From Moraxella nasicaprae (GTDB lineage Bacteria; Pseudomonadota; Gammaproteobacteria; Pseudomonadales; Moraxellaceae), in the NCBI RefSeq assembly GCF_025643275.1, contig NZ_CP089977.1:1770001-1802000 (forward strand): a DNA stretch of 32,000 nt, written 5' to 3'. The notes below the pieces were generated by a model that searched no databases, was not told the DNA's origin, and worked only from the letters and a program-made list of their open reading frames with translations. The position numbers and the translations under genes are program-made. Each line of letters starts with the position of its first letter. Positions within the stretch are counted from its first letter, which is position 1. Below, in pieces: positions 1 through 8,540 of the stretch.

Positions 1-1179
1 ACCCTCAAAGACAATAAGGACGAGCTGTATTTATTGATGTTGATTGCCACGATGGGCGCAATGTTAATGACAGCAGCACAGCATTTGGCGGCATTTTTCA
101 TGAGCCTTGAACTGCTGTCTGTACCGATGTATGGCATGCTTGCTTATACTTTTTTAAGAGCTCGCTCATTAGAGTCGGGTCTTAAATATCTGGTCTTGTC
201 AGCAGCGGCATCAGCGACTTTGTTGATGGGCATGGCATTTGTGTACATTGACACAGGTACTTTGTTATTCAAAGAGTTGTCATTGGCATTATTTACCAAT
301 CAAGCCTCAACGCTGTTTGTATTGGGCTGTGTGATGATGCTTGCGGCCATCGCCTTTAAACTATCAGCAGCACCATTTCATGCTTGGGTGGCTGATGTGT
401 ATGAAGGAGCTCCTGCACCGATTGCCGCATTCTTGGCAAGTGTCAGTAAGGTAGCGATGATGGCATTGGCGGTTCGATTTCTTGCTGATGCGATGCCAAT
501 TGCGACAGTGGCGGTTGATGGTGTGCTAAGTGCAATCATTATTTTATCCATCGTGCTGGGCAACCTATTGGCAATCCGTCAAGACAACCTAAAACGCCTG
601 CTTGCTTATTCGTCCATCGCACACATGGGCTACGCATTGATTGCATTATTGGCGGTGGGTGCTGGTGCAGCTGGCTTGGTTAGTATGTACATGGCGGTTT
701 ATGCGTTGACTTCCATTGGTGCATTTGGCGTTATCACATTGATGTCTAGTCCATATCGTGAGCGAGGACACACTTCGATTACAGGCGAGGCGGACGAATT
801 AAGATTTTATCAAGGTTTGTTTTGGCGTCGTCCTGTTTTGACAGCGGTTTTGACTGTCATGCTCTTATCGTTGGCAGGCATTCCTTTGACAGCTGGCTTT
901 ATGACCAAATTCATGATGTTTTTTGCAGCAGTGCAAGGCACTAAATTTTGGGCGGCAATCTTCATTGTGCTAGGCAGTGCCATCGGCTTGTATTACTACC
1001 TAAAAGTGTTGGTGCATTTGTATCAAAAACCCAAAGTTCAATTAGAGTTTGATGCCCATACGCATTGGGGTATCAAGGCTGGGGGCATCATGGTGTTGAT
1101 TGTTACGGCACTGGTGCTTATCTTTGGTATTTTGCCAGATGCATTGATGCAACTTGCAGGATTTGCGGTCATTCGCTGA
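1..1179 (+). CDS. nuoN: NADH-quinone oxidoreductase subunit N, C-terminal ~390 aa (5' end lies upstream of the window)
   Basis: Frame 1 is open from nt 1, with no stop before the first listed Met at 34. The product is a polytopic membrane protein with ND2/NuoN-type segments (LAYSSIAHMGY, LSLAGIPLTAGF). A strong terminator follows, as expected for the last gene of the nuo operon. Confidence 0.88.
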   Translation, partial: TLKDNKDELYLLMLIATMGAMLMTAAQHLAAFFMSLELLSVPMYGMLAYTFLRARSLESGLKYLVLSAAASATLLMGMAFVYIDTGTLLFKELSLALFTNQASTLFVLGCVMMLAAIAFKLSAAPFHAWVADVYEGAPAPIAAFLASVSKVAMMALAVRFLADAMPIATVAVDGVLSAIIILSIVLGNLLAIRQDNLKRLLAYSSIAHMGYALIALLAVGAGAAGLVSMYMAVYALTSIGAFGVITLMSSPYRERGHTSITGEADELRFYQGLFWRRPVLTAVLTVMLLSLAGIPLTAGFMTKFMMFFAAVQGTKFWAAIFIVLGSAIGLYYYLKVLVHLYQKPKVQLEFDAHTHWGIKAGGIMVLIVTALVLIFGILPDALMQLAGFAVIR

Positions 1180-1207
1180 TGATTGATTTATCTGATGGCG
1201 ATTTTAA

Positions 1208-1243
1208 AAAACAAGCATCATTTTGGTGCTTGTTTTGTTTTTT
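1208..1243 (+). terminator. Intrinsic terminator after nuoN
   Basis: A perfect 10-bp stem pairs aaaacaagca (1208-1217) with tgcttgtttt (1227-1236) around a 9-nt loop. A T-run follows at 1238-1243. Confidence 0.7.
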
Positions 1244-1289
1244 AGGCTTTGGTATAGTGAAAGCCATATTTTTGATGTATGGATAATGT

Positions 1290-2096
1290 ATGAGTGATGA
1301 AAAAGCGGTTGCCTTGACCGTGTTATCAAAAACCGTCTGGTCGGATAATTTATTTAGCTTTACCACCACCAGACCTGATGGATTTCGTTTTGAGGCAGGA
1401 CAGTTTGCCAGACTTGGCATGAATCCCAGTCAGCTAGTTGCCAATCAAGGCAAGGCAATCTGCGATGAGCGAATTTTTCGGGCTTATTCTATTGCATCAT
1501 CGCCTTATGATGAGCATTTGGAATTTTTTTCAGTCGTTGTTCCTGATGGGGCGTTCACTTCTCAGTTGCAACATCTGCAAGTGGGAGACCCTCTTTACCT
1601 AAACCCAGAACCGTTTGGATTTTTGACGCTATCTCGTTATCAAGAGCCCAGCCCCAATGATTTGTGGCTTTTGGCTACTGGCACAGGGCTTGCTCCGTTT
1701 TTATCAATGCTGGGCGATTTGGACACTTGGCAAAACTATACAGATATTGTGCTTGCATATAGTGCCAGAACAGAAACTGAGCTGGCTTATGTGGATAAAA
1801 TCAAAGCACTACACGAACAGTTTGCCAATCTGATTGACAATCCTGCTCGTCTGCATTTTGTGCCAATCATCACTCGTCAGGCGGTGGAAGGCTGTCTTCA
1901 TCATCGCATTCCTGCCTTAATAGACAGCAATCAACTCCAAACTCATATTGGACTAACCCTAAATCCCGCCACTTCTCATGTAATGCTGTGTGGCAATCCG
2001 CAGATGGTTGATGACACCAAAGAAACCCTAAAAAATCAAGGTCTGACCATGAATCGTCGTGGTGTGGGTAATATTGCCGTGGAGAATTATTGGTAA
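1290..2096 (+). CDS. fpr: Ferredoxin-NADP+ reductase (flavodoxin reductase family)
   Basis: The 268-aa product has an N-terminus typical of bacterial Fpr (WSDNLFSFTTTRPDGFRFEAGQFARLG), the FAD-binding motif RAYSIAS, the NADP-binding motif LLATGTGLAPFLS, and a C-terminal aromatic residue (ENYW). Confidence 0.85.
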   Translation: MSDEKAVALTVLSKTVWSDNLFSFTTTRPDGFRFEAGQFARLGMNPSQLVANQGKAICDERIFRAYSIASSPYDEHLEFFSVVVPDGAFTSQLQHLQVGDPLYLNPEPFGFLTLSRYQEPSPNDLWLLATGTGLAPFLSMLGDLDTWQNYTDIVLAYSARTETELAYVDKIKALHEQFANLIDNPARLHFVPIITRQAVEGCLHHRIPALIDSNQLQTHIGLTLNPATSHVMLCGNPQMVDDTKETLKNQGLTMNRRGVGNIAVENYW

Positions 2097-2100
2097 GCGT

Positions 2101-2727
2101 ATGACAATCATCAACCAATCATCGACCGCATTAATTGTGGTTGATGTGCAAAATGACTTTATCACAGGGTCTTTGGCGGTGGCAAGTGCCAAGAGTATCA
2201 TTGCTCCCATCAATGAGCTTGCCAAGCACTTTGAGCAGGTCATCATCACCCAAGACTATCACCCAAATGGGCATATTTCTTTTGCCAGTACGCACCAGCA
2301 AGAGGCATTGACTCAGATTGATGTGGATTATGGCAAACAAATGCTGTGGGCAAATCATTGTGTACAAGGCGAATTTGGGGCTAATCTTGATGATGCACTT
2401 GATGTCACGCACGCCAGGCTCATCATTCGTAAAGGCTGTCGTCAGACGGTAGATAGTTATTCAGCATTCATTGAGGCGGACGGTTTACCCACAGGGCTTG
2501 ATGGCTATTTGCGTCAATTAGGCATTGATACGGTGTATGTGGTGGGCATTGCGACAGATTATTGCGTGGCTTGGACAGCCATCGATGCAGCCAAGTTGGG
2601 CTATGATTGCGTGGTTGTTTTAGATGCAACGGTGGCAATAGACCATCATGATTCTTTGGCAAATGCCATGATGGCGATGAAACAGGCGGGCGTGTCTTTT
2701 GTGAATTGCGGTCAATTATTGGACTGA
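2101..2727 (+). CDS. pncA: Nicotinamidase/pyrazinamidase (isochorismatase-like hydrolase)
   Basis: The protein carries ALIVVDVQNDF (catalytic Asp), IIRKG (Lys) and GIATDYCV (Cys). I prefer the ATG at 2101 over the listed 2059, which would overlap fpr by 38 nt and add a non-conserved extension. Confidence 0.82.
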   Translation: MTIINQSSTALIVVDVQNDFITGSLAVASAKSIIAPINELAKHFEQVIITQDYHPNGHISFASTHQQEALTQIDVDYGKQMLWANHCVQGEFGANLDDALDVTHARLIIRKGCRQTVDSYSAFIEADGLPTGLDGYLRQLGIDTVYVVGIATDYCVAWTAIDAAKLGYDCVVVLDATVAIDHHDSLANAMMAMKQAGVSFVNCGQLLD

Positions 2728-2833
2728 CCGACCCAGCACCAAAAATCGCAAGCCATCTGTTTGTTGGTATTGTTTTGTCAAGATTGACTGCATTAGAAGT
2801 GGTATTTTGTGTGCCAAATACATCATTGGCAAT

Positions 2834-2864
2834 AAAAAAACCAGCTCATAAAAGCTGGTTTTTT
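2834..2864. terminator. Bidirectional intrinsic terminator (pncA on +, tRNA-Leu on -)
   Basis: The stem pairs ccagct (2841-2846) with agctgg (2853-2858). It is flanked by A7 (2834-2840) and T6 (2859-2864), which can extend the helix in either orientation. Confidence 0.7.
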
Positions 2865-2871
2865 CTAATAA

Positions 2872-2956
2872 TGGTGGGGTCGGAGAGACTCGAACTCTCA
2901 CGGGTCGCCCCGCTGGAACCTAAATCCAGTGCGTCTACCAATTTCGCCACGACCCC
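2872..2956 (-). tRNA. tRNA-Leu (anticodon TAG)
   Basis: The reverse complement reads GGGGTCGTGGCGAAATTGGTAGACGCACTGGATTTAGGTTCCAG...GAGTTCGAGTCTCTCCGACCCCACCA. It folds as a cloverleaf with a long variable arm and an anticodon loop TTTAGGT, and the CCA end is encoded. Confidence 0.95.
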
Positions 2957-2996
2957 AAATGTTTGGTTCAAAGCATCATTGCTGTTGATGGGTGCT

Positions 2997-3024
2997 ATTA
3001 TAGCGAATTTTTGGCATTTGGCAA
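2997..3024 (-). promoter_or_regulatory. Sigma70-type promoter for tRNA-Leu
   Basis: On the minus strand, TTGCCA (3024-3019) is followed by a 16-nt spacer and TATAAT (3002-2997). This sits about 35-40 nt upstream of the mature tRNA 5' end. Confidence 0.5.
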
Positions 3025-3074
3025 GTCTTTTTTGACAAAAAAATCAAAAAAATTACCAAATTTAGCCAAAAACA

Positions 3075-3533
3075 TCAAGGCACAATGGTGAATGTTTGGC
3101 TAGGCAAGGCAAAACCTGCAACTTCAACATCTAATTTATAACTGCCCGTTGGGTCACTGCTGTCAAACTGCCAGCAACGCTCCACAAGGGTTTGATCAAT
3201 AACCTCAGCCACAGATGTAATGATGTGATGTGTGCCGTCAGGTGAGCTTTGTATATCTGAATTATCATGATGGAATTGACCGCCTGTCGGTGAATAAAAA
3301 ATTTCCTTACTGTTTAGAGTTTTGTCAGTAATTGGTGTATCAAGAAGTAGTGACCAGCACATATAATGGTTTGGATTACTAATACTAAGTTTTTTGTCCG
3401 CTATCGATATGGTGCGATTTAAATCATCTATGGAATAAACACCAAGTGTGTAACGAGCTTGAATGGGCTGCTGTGCATGGGCATTTAACATACCGACGGT
3501 CAAGGCTGCGACAATGAGTAAGGGTTTGTACAT
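3075..3533 (-). CDS. Hypothetical secreted protein (152 aa) of unknown family
   Basis: The ORF is intact and has a Sec-type signal peptide (MYKPLLIVAALTVGMLNAHA/QQ). The mature part has two Cys residues, both in CW dipeptides. I recognise no motif. Confidence 0.65.
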   Translation of the reverse strand: MYKPLLIVAALTVGMLNAHAQQPIQARYTLGVYSIDDLNRTISIADKKLSISNPNHYMCWSLLLDTPITDKTLNSKEIFYSPTGGQFHHDNSDIQSSPDGTHHIITSVAEVIDQTLVERCWQFDSSDPTGSYKLDVEVAGFALPSQTFTIVP

Positions 3534-3685
3534 GATTGCTCCTATTAAATCTATCCGTTTATCTTAGTGTAGTGATTTTTATGTATTTTGGCAAGTGATG
3601 CCATTGATTGTTTGCTTCATAAGAAATTGCCCTGCCAAGCATATTGATGGAGTCAATATTCTGGCATTAAATTATCGAATATTTA

Positions 3686-3715
3686 TTGCAAGTATTTTCA
3701 TAAATTTAGTATAAT
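3686..3715 (+). promoter_or_regulatory. Candidate sigma70 promoter for the DUF475 gene
   Basis: TTGCAA (3686-3691) is followed by an 18-nt spacer and TATAAT (3710-3715). The TATAATACGC context matches the tRNA-Val promoter at 25829. Confidence 0.5.
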
Positions 3716-3839
3716 ACGCCCAATGATTTTACCGTCAATTTGGGCTGCATCAGATGTGGTTTTGATTGACGGTTTTGTTTTAGCAAAAGATTTTTGGTGT
3801 TGATTTATCCAAAAATCCACAGCAAATTTAGTAGGCATT

Positions 3840-4910
3840 ATGCGACATTTTTTATTTGACATTATTTTTACCATCGCTTGTTTTATCATCGCAGGCTGGT
3901 GGGGTTATCATCAAGGCGGTGCATCCGCAATGTTGATGGCGATTGGCATTACAGCGATTTTGGCAGTGATGGAAGTGTCATTATCATTTGATAATGCGGT
4001 GGTGAACGCTTCTATCCTAAAAGGTTGGAATGAATTTTGGAAAAAAATCTTTTTGACTGTCGGTATGTTAATCGCTGTTTTTGGTATGCGTTTGGTTTTT
4101 CCGATTGTCATCGTGGCGGTTACAGCAGATTTGGGTATGCTGCAAGTGGTTGATTTGGCGTTAAATGATTCTGCCAAATATTCAGAATATTTAAATGCTC
4201 ATCACGCTGAAATTTCTGCTTTTGGTGGTATGTTTTTATTGTTGGTGTTTTTAAAATTCATGTTTGGCGATAAAGACATTCATTGGTTTGTTTGGCTAGA
4301 AAGTCGCTTGGTCAAATTTGCCAAAGTTGATGCGATGAGCGTCTTTGTGGCATTGGCTGTGTTAATGCTATCAATGACTTGGGTTGATGAAGCCAAGCAG
4401 GGTGTGGTGCTGGTTGCTGGCATTTGGGGTATTTTGGTTTATTTGGGTGTGAGCGTGTTTTCGGCATTGCTTGAAGGGGAAACTGACCCCAATGAAGTGG
4501 TTTATGACAGCAAAGGCGAACCAATTACCAACACATCAGGTGTGTCGCCAACAATCCTCAAAGGTGGCGTGGCAGGCTTTATGTACCTAGAAGTGCTAGA
4601 TGCCTCATTTAGTTTTGACGGTGTGATTGGGGCGTTTGCCATCACCAATGATGTCATTATCATCATGCTGGGTCTTGCCATTGGTGCGATGTTCGTGCGT
4701 TCGATGACGATTTATTTGGTTGAAAAAGGCACGCTGAGCGAATTTGTCTATTTGGAGCACGGGGCTCACTATGCCATCGGTGCATTGGCGGTCATCATGC
4801 TGCTATCAACCAAATTCCACATTCCTGAGATTGTGACAGGTTTGATTGGCGTGGCATTCATTGCTTGGTCGGTCATCAATTCGGTGCAATACAATAAAAA
4901 GCACGGCTAA
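3840..4910 (+). CDS. Integral membrane protein, DUF475 / TerC-like superfamily
   Basis: The 356-aa product is polytopic. It carries the motif EVSLSFDNAVVNA near the N-terminus and a second copy, EVLDASFSFDGVIGAF, in the C-terminal half, giving the two-repeat architecture typical of DUF475/TerC-type proteins. Confidence 0.75.
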   Translation: MRHFLFDIIFTIACFIIAGWWGYHQGGASAMLMAIGITAILAVMEVSLSFDNAVVNASILKGWNEFWKKIFLTVGMLIAVFGMRLVFPIVIVAVTADLGMLQVVDLALNDSAKYSEYLNAHHAEISAFGGMFLLLVFLKFMFGDKDIHWFVWLESRLVKFAKVDAMSVFVALAVLMLSMTWVDEAKQGVVLVAGIWGILVYLGVSVFSALLEGETDPNEVVYDSKGEPITNTSGVSPTILKGGVAGFMYLEVLDASFSFDGVIGAFAITNDVIIIMLGLAIGAMFVRSMTIYLVEKGTLSEFVYLEHGAHYAIGALAVIMLLSTKFHIPEIVTGLIGVAFIAWSVINSVQYNKKHG

Positions 4911-5173
4911 TACTAGCCGATGAACAATCATCAAACAATGTTTTGATGACATGAGCTTGGGTAAGCTACCCAAAAAGTGTACTGATTAGATGTTTTGGGG
5001 TTTGAGCCAAATTGGTTTTTTGGGCAAACCCCCTTTATTTATCACGATTTATCATGCTGATGATGAGTGATTTTCTGATGGGTATATTTTTTGAACAAAA
5101 AAATTAAAATTTGCACTAGATTTTTGATAATAAATTTTATATAATGTTCAAAATCTATATAAGGGCGAGCGAT

Positions 5174-5302
5174 ATGAAAGACAATAACTTTACTTTTGCT
5201 ATTTTTGCAAAGTTAAGTTATTGTCTTTTTTTATTGCTCGCTTTTTTGTGGGCATTTTTTTTATCAAAATTAAGTGACGAGCAGAAATTTTTTGGAGTGT
5301 GA
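5174..5302 (+). promoter_or_regulatory. carA leader: 42-codon upstream ORF enclosing a terminator-like hairpin (candidate pyrimidine attenuator)
   Basis: An ATG at 5174 is preceded by AAGGG at 5161-5165, and the frame stays open to a TGA at 5300-5302, 1 nt before the carA ATG. A perfect 14-bp inverted repeat pairs aaagacaataactt (5177-5190) with aagttattgtcttt (5215-5228) and runs into T7 (5226-5232). Further T6 and T8 tracts lie at 5242-5247 and 5255-5262. Confidence 0.4.
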
Positions 5303-5303
5303 A

Positions 5304-6512
5304 ATGGCGGTAACGACTCAGACGGCGGCGATTTTGGCATTGGCAGACGGGACAATTTTTCGTGGTGTGGCGATTGGTGCAACAGGGCATACGGTTGGCG
5401 AAGTGGTCTTTAATACAGCGATGACAGGTTATCAGGAGATTTTGACCGACCCAAGCTATGCAGGACAGATGGTCACACTCACTTATCCGCACATTGGCAA
5501 TACAGGTTGCAATGATGAAGATGGCGAGTCTGGACGCATTCACAAGGTGTGGGCAACAGGGTTGATTATTCGTGATTTGCCATTATTACACAGCAATTTT
5601 CGTGCCACAGTTTCGTTGGGCGACTACCTAAAAAAACATAATGTGGTGGCGATTGGCGATATTGACACTCGCCGATTGACAACCTTATTACGCCAAACAG
5701 GGGCTCAAAATGGCTGCATCATGACGGCTGATGCCGATGGTCATCTTGATGAACAACGGGCGATTGAGCTTGCCAAATCTGCACCGTCAATGAAAGGTCA
5801 AGATTTGGCAAAAGTATGCTGCGACCAAGAAGGCTATATTTGGACGCAAGGTTCTTGGGAGCTTGCCCATGATGGCAAGAATGACAAGAGCACGCAGACA
5901 GGCGGTCGTTTTCGTGAACTTGGTGTGGACATCGCCCAAAAATTTCGCATTGTGGCTTATGACTTTGGTATTAAGACCAACATTCTTCGAATGCTGACCG
6001 ACAGAGGTTGTCATGTTACCGTTGTGCCTGCCACCACGCCAGCCAGTGAAGTGCTAAAACACAATCCAGATGGTATTTTCTTATCCAACGGTCCTGGCGA
6101 CCCTGAGCCGTGTACTTATGCCATTGACGCCATTCGTCACATCATCACACAGACTAACATTCCTGTGTTTGGCATTTGCTTGGGTCATCAGTTGCTTGCA
6201 TTGGCAAGTGGTGCTAAAACCATCAAAATGAAATTTGGACATCATGGTGCTAACCACCCAGTACAAAATATTCTTGATGGCACAGTGATGATTACCAGTC
6301 AAAATCATGGCTTTGCTGTTGATGAGAGTAGCTTGCCTGACCATGTACGAGTGACACATCGTTCTTTGTTTGATGGCAGTAATCAGGGCATTGAACTAAC
6401 CAATCACCCAGCGTTTAGTTTCCAAGGACACCCAGAAGCCAGTCCCGGCCCGCATGATTGCTCGGTGTTGTTTGATAGATTTGTGAGGGAGATTGAGAAG
6501 TTTAGGGCGTAA
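5304..6512 (+). CDS. carA: Carbamoyl-phosphate synthase small (glutaminase) subunit
   Basis: The protein has [11 protein letters not shown], the GATase catalytic motif GICLGHQLL and [19 protein letters not shown]. The ATG at 5304 has GGAG 7-8 nt upstream, whereas the listed GTG at 5274 has no RBS. Confidence 0.95.
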   Translation: MAVTTQTAAILALADGTIFRGVAIGATGHTVGEVVFNTAMTGYQEILTDPSYAGQMVTLTYPHIGNTGCNDEDGESGRIHKVWATGLIIRDLPLLHSNFRATVSLGDYLKKHNVVAIGDIDTRRLTTLLRQTGAQNGCIMTADADGHLDEQRAIELAKSAPSMKGQDLAKVCCDQEGYIWTQGSWELAHDGKNDKSTQTGGRFRELGVDIAQKFRIVAYDFGIKTNILRMLTDRGCHVTVVPATTPASEVLKHNPDGIFLSNGPGDPEPCTYAIDAIRHIITQTNIPVFGICLGHQLLALASGAKTIKMKFGHHGANHPVQNILDGTVMITSQNHGFAVDESSLPDHVRVTHRSLFDGSNQGIELTNHPAFSFQGHPEASPGPHDCSVLFDRFVREIEKFRA

Positions 6513-6518
6513 AAATTG

Positions 6519-6560
6519 GCAAAGTACAAGTAATTCGTACTTTGCATTTCTTTGTTTTTG
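6519..6560 (+). terminator. Terminator-like hairpin immediately after carA, at the left edge of the R-M insertion
   Basis: A perfect 9-bp stem pairs gcaaagtac (6519-6527) with gtactttgc (6537-6545) around a 9-nt loop. The T-rich tail that follows is interrupted (atttctttgttttt). Confidence 0.5.
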
Positions 6561-6572
6561 AGAATTGAGATT

Positions 6573-7370
6573 ATGAACATTTGGACACAAAAAAGCATTG
6601 AACTTGCTAACCAACCCAATTATTTGGATTTACTTTATAAAGTTTATCCAATGTCAGTTAATTTGCGTAGAGAATTATCCATTGATGTTCAAAAAAGTAT
6701 TCAAACTTATTTAGTAAATAAAGATGGCAAAAACTTATTAAAATTGTTATTGTCCCAAGAAATTTTCCCAATTAAAGATAGTTATGTTGCCTATTTAAAA
6801 CGAGATAAAACAGCGATTGACAGAAATCCTAATACGGTCAATCGTTTGGCAGGAATGCTTATAGAAATGGGTTTTGATGAAATTTTGGATAAAACCACAG
6901 CACCAAAAGAAACTAATCGTCAAATCGGTCCACTATTTAAAAATTGGATAAACAGTGGGGCTTTGGGCGTGCCAATCACCCAAAATATCAGCGAATTTTT
7001 AAATCATCAAGGCAATATTGTTTTTAATGGCAGTGATAAACTAATGCAAGATTTTGCGACCGATTATTTGGGCTATACGCATAGTAAAGGTTTGGATTTT
7101 ATTGCCAAATTTAACAATCAAATCATCATTGCCGAAGCAAAGTTTTTAACCGATTTTGGCGGTCATCAAAATGCTCAATTTAATGATGCTATTTTTACAA
7201 TGAAAGCTCCATTAAATAAATTGGACTTTCCAGTAAAAGCGATTGCGATTTTGGACGGTGTGTTGTATATCAAAGGTCGTAATAAAATGTTTGAAAACTT
7301 GCACCATTATACAGATGATGAAGTGGTGATTTCCGCAGTTTTATTAAGAGATTATTTGTATGCTCTTTAA
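6573..7370 (+). CDS. Putative Type II restriction endonuclease (PD-(D/E)xK-like), specificity unknown
   Basis: The 265-aa ORF from the ATG at 6573 ends 12 nt before a DNA methyltransferase gene. GLDFIAKFNNQIIIAEAKF gives D175-x12-E188-A-K190, a PD...ExK-type nuclease core. The DNA is strongly AT-rich relative to its flanks. I could not assign a named family by eye. Confidence 0.6.
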   Translation: MNIWTQKSIELANQPNYLDLLYKVYPMSVNLRRELSIDVQKSIQTYLVNKDGKNLLKLLLSQEIFPIKDSYVAYLKRDKTAIDRNPNTVNRLAGMLIEMGFDEILDKTTAPKETNRQIGPLFKNWINSGALGVPITQNISEFLNHQGNIVFNGSDKLMQDFATDYLGYTHSKGLDFIAKFNNQIIIAEAKFLTDFGGHQNAQFNDAIFTMKAPLNKLDFPVKAIAILDGVLYIKGRNKMFENLHHYTDDEVVISAVLLRDYLYAL

Positions 7371-7382
7371 AGTGGTGTTGGA

Positions 7383-8540
7383 ATGCAATTAACTTATCCA
7401 AATAAAAAAAGTGCCGAAGAGATTTTGACATTGGCAGAAAATTATACTTTGCCAATAAATGATTGTAAGTTGCCCGTATTGTTTTTTGGTGATAATTTTA
7501 GGGTATTGTCTTATTTGCTTAATAATGGCTTTAAAAATAAAATTGATTTAATTTATATTGACCCACCTTATAATACCGAACAAGATTTTACCTTATCTTT
7601 TGATAGAGTAAGTACCATTAGCCGTTCAAAAACAGATATTGTGGCATATCGTGATAATTGGACAATCAATGAATATTTGGAATTTATGCGAGAGCGTTTG
7701 ATTTTAATGCGAGAATTATTGTCTGAACAAGGGTCTATTTATGTACATATTGACGGCAAAATGGGGCATTATTTAAAAATTATTATGGACGAAGTTTTTG
7801 GTATTGAAAATTTTAAAAACGACATTGCTCGTATCAAATCCAATCCAAAAAACTTTTCTCGTAAGGCTTTTGGCAATGAAAAAGATATGATTTTATTTTA
7901 TGCCAAAAATGCTAAAAAGAATATTTTTAATCAAATTACCGCACCATTAACTGACGATGAAAAACAAACAATGTTTGAAAAAATAGATGAAAATGGTCGG
8001 CGTTACAATACTGTACCAGTTCACGCCCCTGGTGAAACACTGCGTGGTGAAACTGGCGGACTTTGGCGAGATATGCTACCACCAAAGGGTCGGCATTGGC
8101 GTTGTTCGCCTAGTGAATTAGATGAATTGGATAGAAAAGGTTTGATTGAATGGTCAAAAAATGGCGTGCCACGCATTAAAAAATTTGCCGATGAACATAA
8201 AGGTAAAAAGATACAAGATATTTGGCGATACAAAGATCCAATGTACCCTGATTATCCAACCCAAAAAAATAGTGAAATGTTAGAAATGATTATTGCTCAA
8301 TCATCAAATCCTCATTCTATTGTAATGGATTGTTTTGCTGGTAGTGGCTCATTTTTAAAGGCAAGTAGCAAATTGGGGAGACAATGGATAGGTGTTGATG
8401 CATCAGATGTTGCCATACAAATTATACAAACGCAATTAGAGCATTTAGCTTATCAATTTATAGATGTTAATCAACAAAAAAGTCAAGTTAAAGAGCCAAA
8501 TATAAAACAGCCAAATGAGCAACTTACAATGGCTTTTTAA
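7383..8540 (+). CDS. Site-specific DNA methyltransferase, beta-class, probably N6-adenine (DPPY)
   Basis: Motif IV ([10 protein letters not shown]60-Y63) precedes motif I ([12 protein letters not shown]318-G322), which is the beta-class permuted order. The protein also has [27 protein letters not shown] and DYPTQKN. It is 385 aa. Confidence 0.9.
   Translation: MQLTYPNKKSAEEILTLAENYTLPINDCKLPVLFFGDNFRVLSYLLNNGFKNKIDLIYIDPPYNTEQDFTLSFDRVSTISRSKTDIVAYRDNWTINEYLEFMRERLILMRELLSEQGSIYVHIDGKMGHYLKIIMDEVFGIENFKNDIARIKSNPKNFSRKAFGNEKDMILFYAKNAKKNIFNQITAPLTDDEKQTMFEKIDENGRRYNTVPVHAPGETLRGETGGLWRDMLPPKGRHWRCSPSELDELDRKGLIEWSKNGVPRIKKFADEHKGKKIQDIWRYKDPMYPDYPTQKNSEMLEMIIAQSSNPHSIVMDCFAGSGSFLKASSKLGRQWIGVDASDVAIQIIQTQLEHLAYQFIDVNQQKSQVKEPNIKQPNEQLTMAF

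Noticed and set aside
2706-3035. A 109-aa ORF on the plus strand.
   Set aside because: It runs antisense straight through tRNA-Leu and its terminator and promoter. It has no RBS and an implausible composition.
3722-3839. A yybP-ykoY (Mn2+) riboswitch upstream of the TerC-like gene.
   Set aside because: The conserved yybP-ykoY core segments are not present in the leader. Only a generic hairpin plus T-tract is visible, and that is reported separately at low interest.
7404-7410. An A7 tract near the 5' end of the methyltransferase gene (and an A7 in the glycosyltransferase at 30905-30911), considered as phase-variation switches.
   Set aside because: The tracts are short for efficient slipped-strand switching and are expected by chance in AT-rich coding DNA (Lys-Lys codons). 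There are no tetranucleotide or long homopolymer repeats.
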